Shown in pieces: positions 60,226 through 64,000 of a DNA stretch of 64,000 bases. The number at the start of each line of letters is the position of its first letter. The stretch's first letter is position 1. Source of the DNA: Squalus acanthias (Eukaryota); contig JASTWF010000584.1 in assembly GCA_030390025.1 (NCBI GenBank), positions 62,001 to 126,000 of the forward strand, given 5' to 3'. Made by a program: the position numbers and the translations under genes. The notes beneath the pieces were generated by a model. It was not told the origin of the DNA, ran no database searches, and saw only the letters and a list, made by a program, of their open reading frames with translations.

Positions 60226-60505
60226 GTAAGTGCTGTGTTATAATTACTCAATAATTCACGTTCAACAGTCAATGGGAAATAACATCAACTGTGGCGGTTA
60301 CATATTAACATAAAACACAGCTTATTATAATGCAGCGTCTGATTACCAATATCCTGGTGATATCTTCCACTTCAGTCCTGAAGCATCCTCTAATACTCAC
60401 TTTATTATAATGATTGAATGTCTTGACTGTCCATCAATGTTATCAGGTTATCAACTCCCATCTATCTCTCTAATCGTGTTTAAATTCTGACATATAGACA
60501 AAGTA

Positions 60506-63500
60506 AAGAACATAAGAACATAAGAAATAAGAGCAGGAGTCGGCCATACGGCCTCTCGAGCCTGCTCCGCCACTCAATAAGATCATGGCTGATCATCGAC
60601 CTCAACTCCACTTTCCCGCCCGATCTCCATATCCCTCGATCCCCTGGAGTTCAAAAATCTATCTATCTCAGCCTTTAATATACTCAAAGTCTCAGCATTC
60701 ACAGCCTTCTGGGGTGGAGAATTCCAAAGATTCACAATCCTCTGAATGAAGAAATTCCTCCTCATCTCAGTCTTAAATAGCCGACCCCTTATCCTGAGAC
60801 TATACCCACTAGTTCTAGACACTCCAGCCAGGGGAAACAGCTACTCAGCATTTACCCTGTAAATCCCCTTCAGAATCTTGTATGTTTCAATGAGATCACC
60901 TGTCATTCTTCTAAACTCCAGAGAGTATAGGCCCATTCTACACAATCTCTCATCATAGGACAGCCCTCTCATCCCAGGAATCAATCTAGTGAACCTTCGT
61001 TGCACTGCCTACAAGGCAAGTATATCCTTCCTCAGATAAGGAGACCAAAACTGTGCACAGTACTCCAGGTGTGGACTCACCAAGGCCCTGTACAATTGTA
61101 GCAAGATTCCTTACTCTTATACTCCAACCCCCTTTGCAATAAAGGCCAACATGCCATTTGCCTTCCTTATTGCTTGCTGTACCTGCACGCTAGTTTTCTG
61201 TGTTTCTTGCACGAGGACACCCAAATCTCACTGAACACCAACATTTGAAAGTTTCTCACCATTTAAAAATTATTCTGTTTTTCTATTCTTCCTACCAAAG
61301 TGAATAACCTCACATTTCCCTACATTATGCTCCATCTGCCACCTTACTGCCCACTCACTTAGTCTATCTACAGTCCTTTGCAGACTCTTAGGGCTGGATT
61401 TTACCAGCCCTGAGGAGGCGGGTTTGGAGGAGGAACTGCTGGCAAAATCAAAAAGAACGGGAGCGGGTCCCGAACCCACTCCCAACCCGCCTCCAAACAA
61501 TTTTCCCGGGAGTCGGGTCCCCAATTTGCGCCTGGGACTCGACTCCTAGCGGCGGGAAGTGGATTATAGCCACTTAACTGCCTGTTAACAGAGGCTGTTT
61601 CCCATTTTGAGACTTCTGCTGCGGGCTTCCCGATGTCGGGGAGTCCCGCCAGGTTACGTGAGGCGTGCTGTGGTTCTGTTGTAATGTTTGTGTATAGATG
61701 ACAGCTGCAGAAGTGGTATGCAGGATCCAATGGGACACTGGTGAGTATCAGAGGAAAGGAGATGTTGGGAAAGTCATTTTTAATGTGTTCAGATTTTCCT
61801 GTAGGTTACAAGTTTGGATGTGTTTGTGTGGCCTCATCTCATTGGGAGAAGTGACAGATCGCTTCTGTAACCTCATCTGCAGCTGCCATCTGTTTTATCC
61901 TGAGGAGAGCCTGGGTACAAGGGCTTACCTTTGTACAGTGATTGCCAGTGTTTGACAGCACCTCATGCTGTCAAACACTGACAAATCATCTGTCAAAAAT
62001 AAGTGCTACATGTCCCTTTAAGAAAACCGGCAGATGAAGTGTCATCAACTGACGTCATCTGACACCGGCTTTCCCTTAATCGGCCGGCAAGCCCGCAGGG
62101 CGGGCTTAACAAGGCCAATCAGGGGAAAATAACGTCTGTGCGTCAGGCATCGCTGGGGGCGGGACTAGAACCCGGAAGGCAACAGTCCCGCCCCCAACTC
62201 GTCTCGGCAGGTAAAATCCAGCCATTTGTGTTCTCCTCATAGCTTCCTGTCCCAACTAGCTTTGTATCATCAGCAAACTTGGATACATTACACTCAGACC
62301 CTTCATCTAGGCCATTAATATAGATTGTAAATAGCTGAGGCCCCAACACTGATCCTTGCGACATCCCACTAGTTACAGCCTGCCAATCTGAAAAAGATCT
62401 TTTTACCCCTACTCTCTCTTTTCTGTCGGCTAACCAATCTTTTATCCATGCTACTATATTACCCCCAACCCCATGAGCCCTAATCTTGTGTAATAACCTT
62501 TTATGTGGCACCTTATCGAATGCCTTTTGGAAATTCAAATATATTAAATCTGCCGGTTCCCCTTTGTCTACCCTGCTAGTTACATCCTCAAAAAACTCTA
62601 AAATATTTGTCAAACACGATTTCCCTTTCATAAAACCATGTTGACTCAGTCTAATCATGTTATGTTTTTCTAAGTGCCCTGATACCACTTCCTTAAAAAT
62701 GGAGTCCAACATTTTCCCGACAACTGATATCAGGCTAACTGGCCTGTAGTTCCCTGTTTTTTCTCTCCCTCCTTTCTTGAATAGCAGTGTTACATTTGCT
62801 ACCTTCCAATCGATTGGGACCTTTCTAGAATCTAGGGAATTTTGAAAGATCAAAACCAATGCATCTACTATCTCTTCAACCACCTCTTTTAGAACCCTAG
62901 GATGTAGGCCATCAGGTCCAGGGGATTTGTCAGCTTTTAGTCCCATTAATTTGTCTAATGGCCCAAAAATTCATGAGGAAGCCTTCGTGCGAGGGTAAGG
63001 CTTCCCCGCGATCTCTCACTGCGCGTTGGCTTTTTCAGTTCCAGCTCGCACGAACTTGATGTTCTGGACAGCTGCTGTGCTGGGCTTGCGTATCCCACAG
63101 GCGCAGTTAATTCGTGCGAGCTGTGGGATCACGTGACTCAGTTATAGCCAATGGCAGCACACCATCTTCCATTCATAACTTTCACATAAGTGCTGTGAAA
63201 GCTATGAATACTATAGCCTCCCAAAAGAACAGCTAAACCTCAATTAAATTTAAAAACAAACCCATCACATTAATAAAATAAGTATAGTTAAATAAATTAA
63301 CCATTTTAAATAAAAAATTAAATTTTTGAATTTTTTTTAAATCTTTTAAAAAGTTATAAAAATAAACTTATCTGTCTTTAAAGTCTCTAAAAAAGATATA
63401 CCTGTTAAAAAAAATTCAAAATAATACTTAATTCACTACTTACCTTGTTAAAAGTGGGTCTTACTCCTCCTTTTTTTATGTGTAGAATCTTCCATACTTA

Positions 63501-64000
63501 CCTGCGCGTTGAAACCACTAAGTGCACTGCATGCGCGCAGCCTGTAGTGCGCACGCGGTTCACCGAGGAACCGCCCCCTTTTCCATTCACCAAGTGCCGG
63601 TTTTCAGCGCATGCGCAGTGCATGCAGAAAACCGGCAATTGGAGACAGAATACGCGAGAGTACGCAGTGCGTACTCTCGCGTATCAACACAAATTTTTGG
63701 GCCAATACTTTTTCTCTACTTATATTAATTATGTTAAGTACCTCACCCTCATTAGAACCTTAGTTCCCCACTAATTTTGGTATGCTTTTTGTGTCTTCTA
63801 CTGTGAAGACAGATACAAAATATTTGTTTAACGTTTCTGCTATTTCCTTATTTCCCATAATAATTTCTCCTGTCTCAGCCTCTAAGGGACCAACGTTTAC
63901 TTTTGCTACTCTTTTCCTTTTTACATACTTATAGAAGCTCTTACAATCTGCTTTTATATTTCTTGTTAGTTTTCTCTCATTCTATTTTTTCCCTTTATAT
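60506..64000 (-). mobile_element. CR1 LINE (mirror of 14940-18447) with nested elements at 61391-62224 and 62960-63703
   Basis: RT ORF 62143-62946 and a tail at 60506. Confidence 0.9.
62960..63703. mobile_element. 744-bp Harbinger-type MITE, arm B only
   Basis: TIR GGCCCAAAAATT and TSD AAT. Empty site in arm A near 15995. Confidence 0.9.

Larger units (their letters stand above)
48390..64000. repeat. Right arm of inverted segmental duplication (continues beyond the window)
   Basis: Reverse-complement collinearity with 15700-34077. Confidence 0.95.

Overview
Eukaryotic, repeat-dense DNA, almost certainly from a cartilaginous fish (shark-type CR1/HER1 LINEs, a V-SINE and DeuSINEs). The host content is a pair of Siglec-family Ig receptor genes set head-to-head in a large inverted duplication (left arm about 15.7-34.1 kb, right arm about 48.4-64 kb and running off the window). 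Copy A (minus strand) can be followed through a predicted 5'UTR exon, leader, V-set, three C2-set exons and a transmembrane exon that the ORF track missed. Its second C2 exon carries a frameshift, a stop and a lost splice donor, but it can be skipped in frame. Copy B (plus strand) shows a predicted promoter, leader and V-set exon. The two V domains differ almost only by amino-acid-changing substitutions. The roughly 14 kb spacer is almost all transposons, including a complete PIF/Harbinger element (intact spliced Myb/SANT gene, disrupted transposase) and a near full-length CR1. Also present are several Harbinger-type MITE families, two solo LTRs, Penelope-like fragments with hammerhead ribozyme motifs, and three minisatellites. 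Exon structures, counts and identities were read by eye, and repeat family names come from recognition rather than database searches.
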